Below, in pieces: positions 40,151 to 52,936 of a stretch of DNA of 63,688 bases. The notes under the pieces are model-generated. The model had not been told where the DNA came from, did no database searches, and saw only the letters and a program-made list of their open reading frames with translations. Location: the sequence record MK250019.1; one strand, 5' to 3'. The position numbers and the translations under genes were made by a program. The stretch's first letter is position 1. Every line of letters starts with the position of its first letter.

Positions 40151-40867
40151 TTACTCACTCTTTGCTTCATCTAGAAACTTCTGACGAAAATTAGTAGGAC
40201 TCTTTGTTACATGAATAACTGAATCATGCACTGGAGCTGCAGCATCAGGTTCAAATGCAACCGCATTCTCATTTGCTTCAGTTTCTTTCTTTGATGCATC
40301 CTCAATCTCTGTTTCAGTCATCTCAACCTCTGCAATCTTACCATCCTTTGCATAACGTGCCTTTGCCTCATTATAGCCTGCAAGATATGAACCTGGGTCC
40401 TTCTTAAAATGTTCTGCCTCCTGCTCAAGCAATGCCTTAACCATCTTAGTATTAATCATACCAGGATGTGAAACATACAATGAATGATCCAAAAGTTTCA
40501 AAGCCTTACCATATGCAATTCTAACACCCAAATCTGCATCATGTGTATCACGTACACAACGTGTAGCAACACCAACAGAAAGCATCTTTGTAATAGGTGC
40601 AAGAACCTCATCAACCTCGTCAATAAACTTTTCTGTACTTGCAGGTACATACTCAATCTGACCATTCTCTTCATTCAACACATTCTTTGCAGGAATCTCA
40701 TACTCATCCTCTACCATAACTGGACGTGTTACAACTGCATCATCATACTTCATTGGAATTGATACTGCTACCATTGTAAAATCACGAACCATTCCACGAT
40801 AATCTGTAAACTTGCCTGTAAGCGTTTCGTACTTATACTCAGGCTTAAACTCTTTCTTATTTGCCAT
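40151..40867 (-). CDS. Hypothetical protein (likely highly expressed)
   Basis: 238 aa with GAG/AAG-rich codon usage distinct from neighbours. Confidence 0.75.
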   Translation of the reverse strand: MANKKEFKPEYKYETLTGKFTDYRGMVRDFTMVAVSIPMKYDDAVVTRPVMVEDEYEIPAKNVLNEENGQIEYVPASTEKFIDEVDEVLAPITKMLSVGVATRCVRDTHDADLGVRIAYGKALKLLDHSLYVSHPGMINTKMVKALLEQEAEHFKKDPGSYLAGYNEAKARYAKDGKIAEVEMTETEIEDASKKETEANENAVAFEPDAAAPVHDSVIHVTKSPTNFRQKFLDEAKSE

Positions 40868-40956
40868 TACAAAATTACATTAAATATTTAAAATAAAAAA
40901 ATGTTTTATCTAAAAAACTTTATTATATATTAAAAAATAATAGATTTGTCTATGTT

Positions 40957-41247
40957 TTAATCAAAAAAACTTTTAATTTTCTCAATTAATGTACGTTTCT
41001 TTTTGAAATATACATATGATGAAAAACTGGTATAAAACTTCCAACCTATTTTTTCATATTGTAGAACAAAATCTAAAAATTCAGCTCTTGTACATCCACT
41101 TATATTACATAATTTAAAAATGTCTACTACAAGAAACTCACGTTTATTTCTTTTTATTAAACGAACAACACCATTTGGAAAATTTGTAAAATTATTAGTC
41201 TTGATTTCCTCAAGCTGTTGCGATGTCATTTTTAATTGTGTTGCCAT
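40957..41247 (-). CDS. Hypothetical protein
   Basis: 96-aa ORF; start uncertain. Confidence 0.5.
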   Translation of the reverse strand: MATQLKMTSQQLEEIKTNNFTNFPNGVVRLIKRNKREFLVVDIFKLCNISGCTRAEFLDFVLQYEKIGWKFYTSFSSYVYFKKKRTLIEKIKSFFD

Positions 41248-41680
41248 ATTTCTTACTATTTAAATCAAGACCTAATTGTCTACGAGTTGTTTGAATAATT
41301 GCCTTTATAATACATGCAATATAACTTAACAAATCTGATGAATATAAACGATTTGTATGTGGATTGATTTCCTGATCAATAACATCATAACAATATGTAG
41401 TAAAATTATTAAAATCACTATATGTTGTTACAAAATCAACATTCAAAATCTTTGCACGAAGTTTCAATGAACATGATTTACTATCATTAATAAGATTAAA
41501 CCAATGTGTCATAAATGAGCCCATATCATGAATAAACTTATTCTTCAACATAGGATATTTCTTATCTACTTCTGTAATCATATCAACTAAAACAGGTAAT
41601 GCTGAACTATCACCATCGATATGTTTATTAATTGTATTTACAAGCTCATTAAAAGCATTTTCATTATAATTCTTTACCAT
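41210..41680 (-). CDS. Hypothetical protein
   Basis: 156-aa ORF. Confidence 0.6.
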   Translation of the reverse strand: MVKNYNENAFNELVNTINKHIDGDSSALPVLVDMITEVDKKYPMLKNKFIHDMGSFMTHWFNLINDSKSCSLKLRAKILNVDFVTTYSDFNNFTTYCYDVIDQEINPHTNRLYSSDLLSYIACIIKAIIQTTRRQLGLDLNSKKYGNTIKNDIATA

Positions 41681-41830
41681 AAAATCAATTTTTAAATCAA
41701 ATTTATATTATATACTCTATATAAACTATTTTGTTTATAATAGAAATATTAATAATTACTAAACAAAATAACATGGAGATTAAAATATAGTTAATTTCAA
41801 TTTCCCATTATTTAACAATTTAAAAATATA

Positions 41831-42361
41831 TTATGAACACATCGATTCTTTGAGCTTCATCAATGCAGGATTATCTGACATAACACATGAAGTTGAATTA
41901 ACAGGTGTTTCTACACGTTTTGGGAATTTATCCTTATTCATCTCATTACGTTGCTTCTTATAATAATCACGAGAATGTGATTTCTTATCAGAACCAAACA
42001 TATTATTAATTGCATTAATACGATTTTTAACCAATTTCATTGCATCAAGTCCTGTACAATTCAACAACTTCTGAATTTTTTCAATAGTTTCCGAAAGAAC
42101 TGCTGCATAACTCAACTGCTTAATATCTGGAACAGAATTTTGCATAATGAAATATGCAGTTGTTGCTGTATCAATAAGTTCATCAAGCTGAGTCATTTGT
42201 TCAACCATTTTATCATTCATTACTGCATAAACATTATCTACAATATTATATCCAGCATTAAATTCATCCCATGAAAACTTTACGGATGTACCATTTTCCT
42301 TAATAGTAATACCATCCTTTTCCTTCTTTACAATACGAAGTTTTTTATTTTTAAAATCCAT
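41831..42361 (-). CDS. Hypothetical protein
   Basis: 176-aa ORF. Confidence 0.65.
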   Translation of the reverse strand: MDFKNKKLRIVKKEKDGITIKENGTSVKFSWDEFNAGYNIVDNVYAVMNDKMVEQMTQLDELIDTATTAYFIMQNSVPDIKQLSYAAVLSETIEKIQKLLNCTGLDAMKLVKNRINAINNMFGSDKKSHSRDYYKKQRNEMNKDKFPKRVETPVNSTSCVMSDNPALMKLKESMCS

Positions 42362-42381
42362 AGTTAAATATTTTTAAATGA

Positions 42382-42696
42382 TTAGTAAATAATTCTACAT
42401 GCATGAAGTAACATACACCAAGTCATTTCCATTGCATCGTCAAAAGACAAGTACATATCAGGTGGACATGCTTGCTTAACAGTATTTAAGAACCAGATTT
42501 TGAAATTGATTTCATCTTTATCATTATTATATGAATATGATTTCTTCAATACATTATTATTTGTACCAAGTGGAAGAATAAACTGTGTACTCATCACCTT
42601 TCGTACATCTGAAACTGACATACTATCAATAAACTCAGATACCGCACGAAGACGAACTGTAAAATTATGCACTGCGTTTGAACTAATCTCTTTCAT
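42382..42696 (-). CDS. Hypothetical protein (start revised to MKEISS)
   Basis: A promoter motif at 42738 lies inside the longer ORF call. Confidence 0.6.
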   Translation of the reverse strand: MKEISSNAVHNFTVRLRAVSEFIDSMSVSDVRKVMSTQFILPLGTNNNVLKKSYSYNNDKDEINFKIWFLNTVKQACPPDMYLSFDDAMEMTWCMLLHACRIIY

Positions 42697-42728
42697 ATTT
42701 CTATTTTTAATTAATATTATTTGTTTCA

Positions 42729-42768
42729 TTAACAATACAAAGATACACATAAGTTTTGAAATAAAAAA
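42729..42768 (-). promoter_or_regulatory. Bacteroidota-type promoter
   Basis: CAAAGATA at 42738-42745. Confidence 0.6.
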
Positions 42769-42975
42769 ATAAATATAAGAAAAAGAACTTAAATAAAATG
42801 GAAAATAATAATTATACACAACGTTTTTGTAAAAATTGTATTCACTATAATCCAAATGAAAATTGGAATGAATGTAAATCCGGTTTATTTGGACATACAT
42901 ATGCAAATGATCATGGATGTTGGTGTTGGAAACTTAAAGATATAGAAAAATAAAAATTAAATACGTTATTATATT

Positions 42976-43431
42976 ATGAAACTAAGTAAAAACTTTTCTT
43001 TAGAAGAACTCATAAAATCAAATACAGCAAATGAATGTGGAATTAAAAATTCTCCAAATTCATTAGAATTGAAAAACTTAACAAATCTTACTACTAAAAT
43101 ATTACAACCAATAAGAGATGCATTTGGTAAACCTATTATAATTAGTTCTGGATTTAGATGTGTTCAATTAAATAAGAAAATAGGAGGTGCAAGTAATTCA
43201 GATCATTTATTTGGTGCTGCTGCTGATATACATACATCTTCAAATACATATGAAGATAATAAAAAACTTTATGATACTATTATATCTTTAAAAAATAAAG
43301 GTAAAATATCATGTAGACAAATAATATGGGAATATGGCAAGAAAAATGCAGGACCTAAATGGATTCATATAAGTGTAAACCATACAAAAAATTCATATAA
43401 GAAAAATCAATTAGTTTATGTAGGTATATAA
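42976..43431 (+). CDS. Peptidase M15 family endolysin-like protein
   Basis: SSGFRCVQLNKKIGGASNSDHLFGAAADI...WIHIS. Confidence 0.88.
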   Translation: MKLSKNFSLEELIKSNTANECGIKNSPNSLELKNLTNLTTKILQPIRDAFGKPIIISSGFRCVQLNKKIGGASNSDHLFGAAADIHTSSNTYEDNKKLYDTIISLKNKGKISCRQIIWEYGKKNAGPKWIHISVNHTKNSYKKNQLVYVGI

Positions 43432-43437
43432 ACTATT

Positions 43438-43470
43438 AAAGGTTAGAGAAGTAATATCTCTAACCTTTAT
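43438..43470. terminator. Bidirectional terminator
   Basis: AAAGGTTAGAGA...TCTCTAACCTTT. Confidence 0.7.
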
Positions 43471-43472
43471 TT

Positions 43473-44906
43473 TTATTGTATAAAATTATCGTAATTATTA
43501 TTATAATATAATATAGCAGAAATTAAACTCCATAATATATTTTGAATTTCTTTCATATCTATACGTAAATCACCATCATCTAACATATTATAAGAACCAA
43601 TAAATGATGCAGGTGATTGATGTTGACCGCATGAATATGATGATATATATCCATCTGTTGTTTTACTTTCTGAATTTATATATTCAACATGAATTTTTGG
43701 AGATGGATCATAATCATAACCCGTAATATAAAATTTTTTATTACTATTAAAAAATTTACCTTCATATATAGGTTCATTTAATTCAAATGACATATCATTA
43801 TTCTTATTACCTAACTTATTCTTATATAATAATATTTCCAAACATGTTAAACATTTTTTAATTGTCGGATATTTTCTTATAACCTTTGGCATTATTTTTT
43901 CTATCTCATGAGAATCAATTTCTTCATTGAAGTCTCTCTTTTTATTACCGAATTTACCTAATGTATTATTAATGACTTTATTTTTTGGTAAAAATGGATT
44001 ATTATATTGTCTCTATGATGAATAACTTAATTTTGCTAATGCAATTTGACATAATTCATATAATTGTTCATATGTAATAAATGTATTATCATCTAATTCT
44101 ATCTTATCACCAATAGGCTCATCATTAATTGTCATATTATTTTCTAAAATACAGAATGTTCCTTCATATACACGTTTTTTCTATGTTTTCACCCATGATA
44201 TATATATACAATGTTTATCATTGAAATATATTTTCTAATCTTCATCAGTTGTTACAGTTCTAAAATATAATTTATATGTAGGTTCTTCTATTTTATAAAA
44301 TGATTTCTATATAGTATAATATGTTTTATCTAATATATTATAAATACATTCACACACTTCAGATAAACTATCATAACCGCGTTTTACAAACTTTAATGTA
44401 TCTTCATATGACTTTATGTCATCAGGTAATTTCTTCTATACTATTGTTGGTTGTTTAATAACTTTTTTCTATTCAGTATCATCTACTTTTACCTATGTAT
44501 CAGATTTAACTTCTGTATTTAATTTCTGATCAACTTGTTTTGGTTGTACATTAATAGTATTTGTTACCAATTTACCACCATTATTTATGTATTCCTGTTT
44601 GATTTCATCTATTGTACATCCTAACTATAAAAGGCGTTTACCAACCAATTTGAATGTTTTAATATCATCAATATCCTGTTCAGATTCTGGACATTGTTTT
44701 TTCATTATAAGGAGTGCTGCAACATATCTTGGTAATAATTCTTCTTTAGACTATGATGCTCTTGGTTTAACATTTTCTGCTTCTGTCGCCTTATTTCTTG
44801 AACATGTAGATGCAATACTTAACCATAATTTTTTATCTATTGTTCTTGAAACTCTTGCTTCATTTATACAATTTAACAATGATTCATATAGTGATTTAAT
44901 TATCAT
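43473..44906 (-). CDS. Hypothetical late protein (477 aa, 9 TAG)
   Basis: MIIKSLYESLLNCINE... reads in frame into ORF 43473..43892. Confidence 0.65.
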
Positions 44907-44944
44907 ATCTTATCTAAACAAAAATAATATTTAAATATTTATTT

Positions 44945-45829
44945 TTAAGAATATAAACTATTAAAAAAATATCCATAAGTATTAAAATATTCTACATCAT
45001 ATTTTAATAATTCTAATATTAAATAGATACTTGTATTTTTAATACCACCACTTTGATATTCTTCGAAATCAAGAGATAATGATATTTTATTATCACATGT
45101 ATTGACATGCAATTTTGTTGTTACATTACCACCTGTACTATTATAAACATAATAATATATTCTCTGATTTATTTCTTCTATTAAATTATATGTAGATTGT
45201 GTCATAGGCATACAATACAATTCTTTAGTTAACTTAATTAAATAATCTCTAATTGTATTGTATGATTCTTTTGCTTCTTTTAATTTATATGACATTAATT
45301 TTGCTGATGGTTCAAACCGTTCATAATCAGATATATTTCGTTTATAATCATTTGAAACTACATAAACACAAAACATTAATGTTAAATCATCATTTCTATA
45401 TGTTTTTTGATTCGATGTAATATTAAAAAACTCTAATATTCTATTCTGCTCAGGTTCTTTCCATGCATTAGGATAAAAATAACTTTTATCAGTAGATGTA
45501 TATAATAACCATCCCTTAATCAAATCTGATATATTTCTATCTTTTGTATACTTCTCTATATACTTTTTTGATCTTAATAACGAAAGATTATATGAAACCT
45601 CATCATAATCAATACGTTTAATAATAAAAGCATCATATACAAGATTTTTAATTTTATCATGAAAATCCGTTGTTATATCTTCATCTGTTAAATCCAACTT
45701 ATCTAACAGTTCTGACCATAAATTTATATCAATTGGTCTATTCGAAAATGAATAATGAATTACATTCTTTAATTCATCCTCTGTTAACTCCGTTGTTAAC
45801 ATATATTTTATTTTTTCTGATTGTCGCAT
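44945..45829 (-). CDS. Hypothetical protein
   Basis: 294-aa ORF. Confidence 0.65.
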   Translation of the reverse strand: MRQSEKIKYMLTTELTEDELKNVIHYSFSNRPIDINLWSELLDKLDLTDEDITTDFHDKIKNLVYDAFIIKRIDYDEVSYNLSLLRSKKYIEKYTKDRNISDLIKGWLLYTSTDKSYFYPNAWKEPEQNRILEFFNITSNQKTYRNDDLTLMFCVYVVSNDYKRNISDYERFEPSAKLMSYKLKEAKESYNTIRDYLIKLTKELYCMPMTQSTYNLIEEINQRIYYYVYNSTGGNVTTKLHVNTCDNKISLSLDFEEYQSGGIKNTSIYLILELLKYDVEYFNTYGYFFNSLYS

Positions 45830-46668
45830 TTTTCTGATAATGTTTTCATTAATTTAAATTTTTGATTTCCAAAATCAATAAATGTATTTAATCTATTTAC
45901 ATCAAAATCAAAATTTTGTTTAAACAATTTAAAATTTAATCCTTGTTCATTCGGTTGTCTAAGTAAATTACATACATATACACTTATCTTATCATATGAA
46001 GATAAACCATACGTTTCTACCAATGCTTTCTTATAAACATGTAGTTGAATTGTATATGTATTCATATCACACTCATCTAACATATATGCAGGACCTTGTA
46101 ATTTTTTACCATATCTTGATGATGTTGTTATATCATCTGTTGTTTTCCAATCTATTATTATATAAGCATCTGTATTCTCATCATAAAATAAGCAATCAAA
46201 ACGTCCATTAATATGACTATCTTTTGGTGTTTTACAATATAATGGTAATTCTCGCGCTACATACTTATAATTTGTTTTAGTTGATATAAAATTATAGAAA
46301 TCATCAAATCCTTTACAAATTGATTTTAATCTATCATCATAATCATAACCATTATCTAACTTCCATAACTCTAATTTTTCTGTTTCTTTATTAAGATTCA
46401 TACCGGCATAATCATCCAATAAAGAACCATATCTTTTTGATTCTGACGATTTTGCGTGCCATTGTTCAAGGATCTGATTTGCAGTCATACCTGCATATTT
46501 ATAATTAGGATCATTCAAACCTTTCTTTGAACATACTTCTGCTTGAGCTACATCATCAAACTTTACTTTAATATAATCATTACATAACTTTGAAACAGAT
46601 ACACTACCTTTATATTCTGTCTTTATCTAATTATTAATATTTTCAATTAATTCTTTAATATTCTTCAT
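45808..46668 (-). CDS. PD-(D/E)XK (Cas4/RecB-like) exonuclease (286 aa, TAG at codon 14)
   Basis: GRFDCLF...IIDWKT...QL.VY. Confidence 0.8.
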
Positions 46669-46696
46669 ATTAATTTTATATATAATTTATCATTAA

Positions 46697-46725
46697 TTTA
46701 TAGTAAAAATAATATATAAAGTTTA
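46697..46725 (-). promoter_or_regulatory. sigma70-like promoter TAAACT-N17-TATAAA
   Basis: Upstream of the 46668 gene. Confidence 0.5.
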
Positions 46726-46789
46726 TATAAAAATTAAGGGAAATAGCACTTACAAAAATGTTATTTCCCTTAATTTAATCATTATATTA

Positions 46790-47632
46790 TTATTTAAAAT
46801 GTATTAATGCAATAGATAATAATCTTGTATTTTTTGTAGTTGATTTAAATGATATATTAGAAAGATCTGCACAATATATATACTTAACATATTCTGAAGT
46901 ACTTGCATACTATGATGATGTACTATATAATTTTGTACTCTATATATTAAATAATTTTCCAAGATTCTTACTAAATGTATGTGTAGAAATACCGCCTGTC
47001 TATTCTGGATTATGTTGTTTATCACATAAATCTTCTAATATTCTTAATATTTCAAATTTAGAAGGTATATACAAATAATAATCATCTGTACTTTCATTTA
47101 ATAACTTCTACCATATAGTTTGATTTTTACCTACTGATAATTCATTTGTATGCTTTGTAAACATATGTTCTGTACCATCCCATCCATTACCATATATATT
47201 TTCCGCATGGTATGCATTATACAAAGTAGTATTTAAAAATGCCCAACTATATTCATTTTTAAGTCCTGACCAATATGGTGATGCCCATAATCCTTTACCA
47301 ACACAAATACATAAAACTTCTCCATACTAATCAGATATATCTGTTATAACATCTGATTTCGGATCCCAATAATTCTATTCATCTTTATTTGTATTCCATA
47401 TTGTATACATACCTTTATCATTTTTACTCATAATTGCACCAATTATACAAAAATATTGGTAAACCTATTTTATTTCATCCCTATTATATGTCATAGGTTT
47501 CTTTTGTTCTGTTATAATACCAATAGATGATAATGTATCTAATACTGTAACATCTTCACCCGTATAATAAATTACTGAATTTTTATGAAGAATCTTTCCT
47601 TCTAAACCATCAAGTTTTTGCAAATATTTCAT
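46790..47632 (-). CDS. Hypothetical protein, DUF1566/C-type-lectin-like (280 aa, 7 TAG)
   Basis: Open under code 15; YIPSKFEI...YSTSS pattern. Confidence 0.55.
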
Positions 47633-47663
47633 TATAACATAATAATTACATTTAATATATTTA

Positions 47664-48866
47664 TTAAATATTCAAATATGTATCTATTACCTATTTGATA
47701 ACATCTATCTTATTACTCCATATCGGTAAATAATTCAAATTATTATCTATTGCAGTTTTAAATTTTAATGGATCAACTACAGTCCATACATTTATAGCTG
47801 CCACATATTGCTTTGATGTTTCTGCTTTCTATTTCCAAATATTTAATAACTATATATCATCTTCATTATTTTCGTTAAAAAGATGCTTACCATGTGTCCA
47901 ATATGCATTTATTTCTATAAATAAATCTAATGAATGTATATAGAAATCAACATGAAACGGATAACGTTCATCTACATTTACATTAAACTAAATATCATCT
48001 TTATTAAATAATGTCAATAAATATTCATATGTTTGATATTCTGGTTTTGTCATTCCAAAATTATCCTTATATTTTTGTTTTATTGTTTTTATATATTGTT
48101 CAAACTAATATTGATGAAATTTATTCAATGAACCATATTTTTTAATAACTGTCTCTTTTGATTTATCCCTATTATTAAATGTAGGATCACCATATAATTC
48201 CTGTTTTGTTTCTTTAATTTTATTTTTTATTTCTTCATTTTTTGCAGGATTATCAACACCATATTTTTTAATAACGGTTTCTCTTGTTTTTTCTTTATTA
48301 TTATCTGACTAAAAACTGTATTTACATCCATATTTTTTTAAACATGTATTAATAGATTTCTATTTAACAATATCAGATTGTCCTGTATATTCAACACCAT
48401 ATTTTTCTATGTTTGTTCTTTTTGTCTTTTGTAAATATTCATCTGTTTTTGTATATGAAGAAACACCATATTTTTCTAAACATGTTTTCTTTATTTTATC
48501 CTTAACAGATTTTAACTGCATCTAATGTTCAACACCATACCGTTCTTTTAATGTATTCTTAATTTTATCCTATACATCTTTAGAATTCATAATACAACTT
48601 GTATTTGAACAAAAAGTTCTGAATCCTCTACTATAACAATTAAATTCAACTGGTTTACCACATGTTTTACATACAGGTCTTATATCTATATTATTAACAA
48701 TACGATATATAGTTTCCTAAATAGATTTACTATCACTATATCTATTAATTAAATACTTATATATATCTTCATGTTTCTCTAACCATGACATTCTTGTATA
48801 ATTTTTTGCTAACTAATTTCTTTTTGTTATAAACTTATTTTTTATATAATTATCATCTATTAACAT
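47664..48866 (-). CDS. Free-standing homing endonuclease, KYG-repeat plus PD-(D/E)XK (400 aa, many TAG)
   Basis: CKTCGK, repeated KYGV units, YPFHVDFYI..LDLFIEINAYWTHG. Confidence 0.8.
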
Positions 48867-48950
48867 AAAAACATCTAAACATTTTATTATTATATAAAAA
48901 ATATGGAGAATAGTTTTACATATACTATTCTCCATAATTCTTATATATAA

Positions 48951-50246
48951 TTAATCAATATTTGCATCTGCAATAGGATCATCTTCTTTACTTTCATCAG
49001 AAATTCCCATCGTTTCTTCCAAATCTTTAACATCATCAAATGCTGATTGATCTGGTAACTGAAACATTGGATGAATCACATTCTCATTTATATAATCAAG
49101 ATATTCTGGTGTAAATACTTTATCAGACCAAAAATCAGTAAATGGAACTTGTGCGTTAAGATGCTTCACTACAATATACCTTGCTGTATCCTTTGGTAAA
49201 CAATAAGATGTTTCTCCTGCATCTGTTGTCCATGTATATACTTTCTTTTTATCGCCATCACTTAATTTATCATATTCTTTCTGTGTTAGTAAGTTACCTC
49301 TACAAACACCAGAATTTTCCCATGTCATAAACTGTTCTAGTCCAACAAAAGGATTAGGTTTTTTAAAATACGGGATCTAAAATTTTATTTTGATTGGTCG
49401 GCAGAATCTAGACTTAACTGGTTTTGCTGTAACTAAAACACCGTTTTTTGTACCTGCATCAGAACCTTGTCTTGATTTTGCAGCTGTATCATTTTCTTTA
49501 TCTTCCAATTTTGCTGCACTCAATTCGATTGTAATTGATGCATTATATACAATACCCGAACCCATTGCTTGTATATTTTGTGGAATAAAAGACATTGACT
49601 GATATACATGGTTAACAACAATCCATGGAATTTGTAATTTTGCAATTGGAGTTGCACATACTCTAAACATTGCTTTTGTATCCTTAGCTTTTGTAAAATC
49701 TGCTTTTTGTGAACCAGATAATGTATCTTCTCGTTCCTTTTCAGATGTTAAGTTACCTAAAGAATCCAATACAATAATTACTTTGTCATGCTGTCCAAAT
49801 TTATCTTGTTGTTCTTGTAATTTATCACATAAATTTGCAATAAATTGACTTGTTTCCATAATAGTATTAACCTTCTTTATAATCATCTTTGTTGGATCTA
49901 CACCAAGACGTTTAACAAAATCAGAATCAATTGCACCTTCAGAATCAAGATAAATTGGAATATATCCTAATTTCTGTGCTTCTCTACAACATGAACATGC
50001 TAAAAATGATTTACCAGCGCCAGATGTACCAGAAAATGTTACAACACGTCCTGTTGGAATGGCCTTGTAAATATCACCACTCATACAGGCGTTAAGTATA
50101 TAGTTACCTGTAGAAATCCATTCTTTAATATTAGAATATGCAGAGTCTGCAATAATTTCTGCCTAATCATCTATACTACTTACCATTGACATTAATGAAC
50201 CAATACCACCTTCAAAATCTTCACTTGACTACTTTTTCTTTGCCAT
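48951..50246 (-). CDS. uvsX: RecA/UvsX recombinase (431 aa, 3 TAG)
   Basis: ISTGNYILN, GTSGAGKS Walker A, YLDSEGA, IVLDSLGNL, IVVNHVY; joins ORFs 49377..50084 and 48951..49328. Confidence 0.92.
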
Positions 50247-50272
50247 ATATGTTAATTAAAATAAATTTTTCT

Positions 50273-51484
50273 TTATATATTATATTCACATTTATTAATA
50301 TAGTTTTCAAATTGTTCAATTACTTCATTTATTTTATTTGAATATATTACTAAATAATTTAAATTATTTTTCACTGCAATATTATATTTGTTTACATCTC
50401 TAATAGACCATGTTTTAATAGCATTATTATAATATTTTGTATTCTTTTGTTTCCATTCATTTAATTTCTATATATCATCATTATTATCTTTATTAAATAA
50501 ATGAAATCCATGTGTCCAATGCGCATTTATTTCAATATATAAATTATATTTTATAATATAAAAATCGGACTTAAATGGATACTCATCAGATTTATATTGT
50601 GTTTTATAATTTATATTATTATCTATTAAATATTGTTCAAATAAATTTTCTATTTTTGAAGTATTAAATGAGTTATGTATTTTTTTTGTATTATAAGATT
50701 TATTAAGAAAATCTTCTGTCTAAACATAAAGTAAACCATTATATTTTTTACGCTGTGTTTCCCATCCTTTTTCTCTTATATCTTTATTAGATAATGCATA
50801 TTCAACATTATATTTTTCTAATAATGTTTGCCTTATTTTATCTTTTACAGATTTAAGTTTAAAAGGATTATCAACTCCTAATTTTTTAATATAACATTGT
50901 TTTTGAAATTCTTTATCTTTTCTAACAGAATCAACACCAAAATGTTTTAAACATGTATTTCTTGCTTTATCTAAAAACTCTTTATATTGATAGGGAAATT
51001 CAACACCATATTTCTTTAAATTAGTCTGCTTTATTTTTTCAATATTTGTTTTATAACCATATCGTTTTAATGTAGTATCAATACATTTCTATCTAATATC
51101 TTTATTAGACCAATTATGTTCACACCCATATTTTTCTAAATTTGTATTCTTTAATTTTTCCTTTACATCCGGATCTAATGTTGCACATGATGAACAGCAA
51201 TGTTTTAAATAGCCTTTAGTAAATGAATAAAATTTAGTTTTATTATTATGGCAATAAGAGCATAATGGTATTTCATTAATATTATTATATATACGATATA
51301 ATGTTTCTTTATATGAATTAAAATCAATATATCTGTTTTCTAAATATTGTTTTACTGTAGGGTACTAATCTAAAAATATATGATTTACTCTTGTTTTAAT
51401 AATCTTATTATTTTTTATGAAAAACTATATTATGAAATTATCATCTATAATGTCAGGAATATCTATTAATTTTTTCTTTTTCAT
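50273..51484 (-). CDS. Free-standing homing endonuclease, KYG-repeat plus PD-(D/E)XK (403 aa)
   Basis: Paralog of 47664..48866 (CSYC, KYG repeats, YPFKSDFYI...EINAHWTHG). Confidence 0.8.
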
Positions 51485-51556
51485 TAATTTGTTTAGAAAA
51501 TAATAGCATCTAAAATACTAAATCTTAGATGCTATTAATATATGTTAAATTAAAAA

Positions 51557-52581
51557 TTACATAATTCCTGTAAGAACGTCATCAAGACTCATATTTGATG
51601 CAGGATTAGTTGGAGCTGCTGCAGGAACTCCACCATTAAGAATTGAATCAAGTTCACCATTTCCAACACCTGGAATATTAGCGGCATTAAAACCACCTGG
51701 TGTTGTCTGATTCATTGATGTTGCATCTGCACCCATCTCAAGACCTGTAACTGGTGCAGTAGGCATTGATGTCGGCATTACTGGTTGTGCAGGAGCTGCT
51801 GGAGATACCTGTGGCTGCATAGCTGGTTGCATATATGGATTTGCTGCTGGCATTGCTGCTGGCTGCATTCCTGTTGCTGCTTGCATTGAAGCCTGTGGAT
51901 TTGTATAAATCTTAATACAAGAATTTACAAAATTAGTAGTCTCTGATGTCCATGCATGATATTCATATGGTGCAAGTGAAGGACAATTTTCTTTAAGATA
52001 ATTAAGAACAAGTGGTTTAACATCAGGATTCTGTGCAATAACTTCCTGTGTAATAACTTGCCAATTTTCCTGTCCCTGTGCATTCTTAACCTGAATACGA
52101 AGAGCACCATCCTGTGGTTGAAGATCAATAAACTGAGAATCATCAAAATTATTGAAATTTGATACCAACTTACACTTTACATAGAAAGGACGACCAACAA
52201 ACATATTAAATGGATTTCTTGGTGTACCCATTGGTGGATTCATTTCATTATAAATCTTCTCATGGATCTTAATACCATAACGCCAAACAAGAATCTTTCC
52301 AACTAGCTGAGGCTCTGCCTTACATGAAAGAATCTGAATAAGCGATGCATAACGCTGACGACGTGAAAAATGCTTTGAATTTTCCTTAAGAACTGGATTA
52401 TCACTATTACGAAGTGCAAAGAATGTGTCCTGAAGAATATCAGGTTGACCAACTGTAGATGGACAATCAACTTCCATCTGAGCATTTGTCAAAGGATTCT
52501 TAAGGAATACTGTATTCTTTGAAACGATAGATTTGTTAGAAGGATCTTCTGGATTTGGAATAAAGCGAATTACTGCATCAT
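51557..52581 (-). CDS. T4 gp32-like single-stranded DNA-binding protein (5' end in N gap)
   Basis: DAVIRFIP, GKILVWRYGIKIHEKI, FNNFDDSQF, low-complexity tail ending in acidic residues. Confidence 0.8.
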
Positions 52582-52936
52582 NNNNNNNNNNNNNNNNNNN
52601 NNNNNNNNNNNNNNNNNNNNNNNNNNNNNNNNNNNNNNNNNNNNNNNNNNNNNNNNNNNNNNNNNNNNNNNNNNNNNNNNNNNNNNNNNNNNNNNNNNNN
52701 NNNNNNNNNNNNNNNNNNNNNNNNNNNNNNNNNNNNNNNNNNNNNNNNNNNNNNNNNNNNNNNNNNNNNNNNNNNNNNNNNNNNNNNNNNNNNNNNNNNN
52801 NNNNNNNNNNNNNNNNNNNNNNNNNNNNNNNNNNNNNNNNNNNNNNNNNNNNNNNNNNNNNNNNNNNNNNNNNNNNNNNNNNNNNNNATTGTTTATAAAA
52901 AATCTAAAATATATATAAAAAATATATTTTTTATTT

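Noticed and set aside
42697-42906. N-terminal extension of ORF 42382..42906
   Set aside because: It overlaps a promoter motif and reads as intergenic AT-rich sequence.
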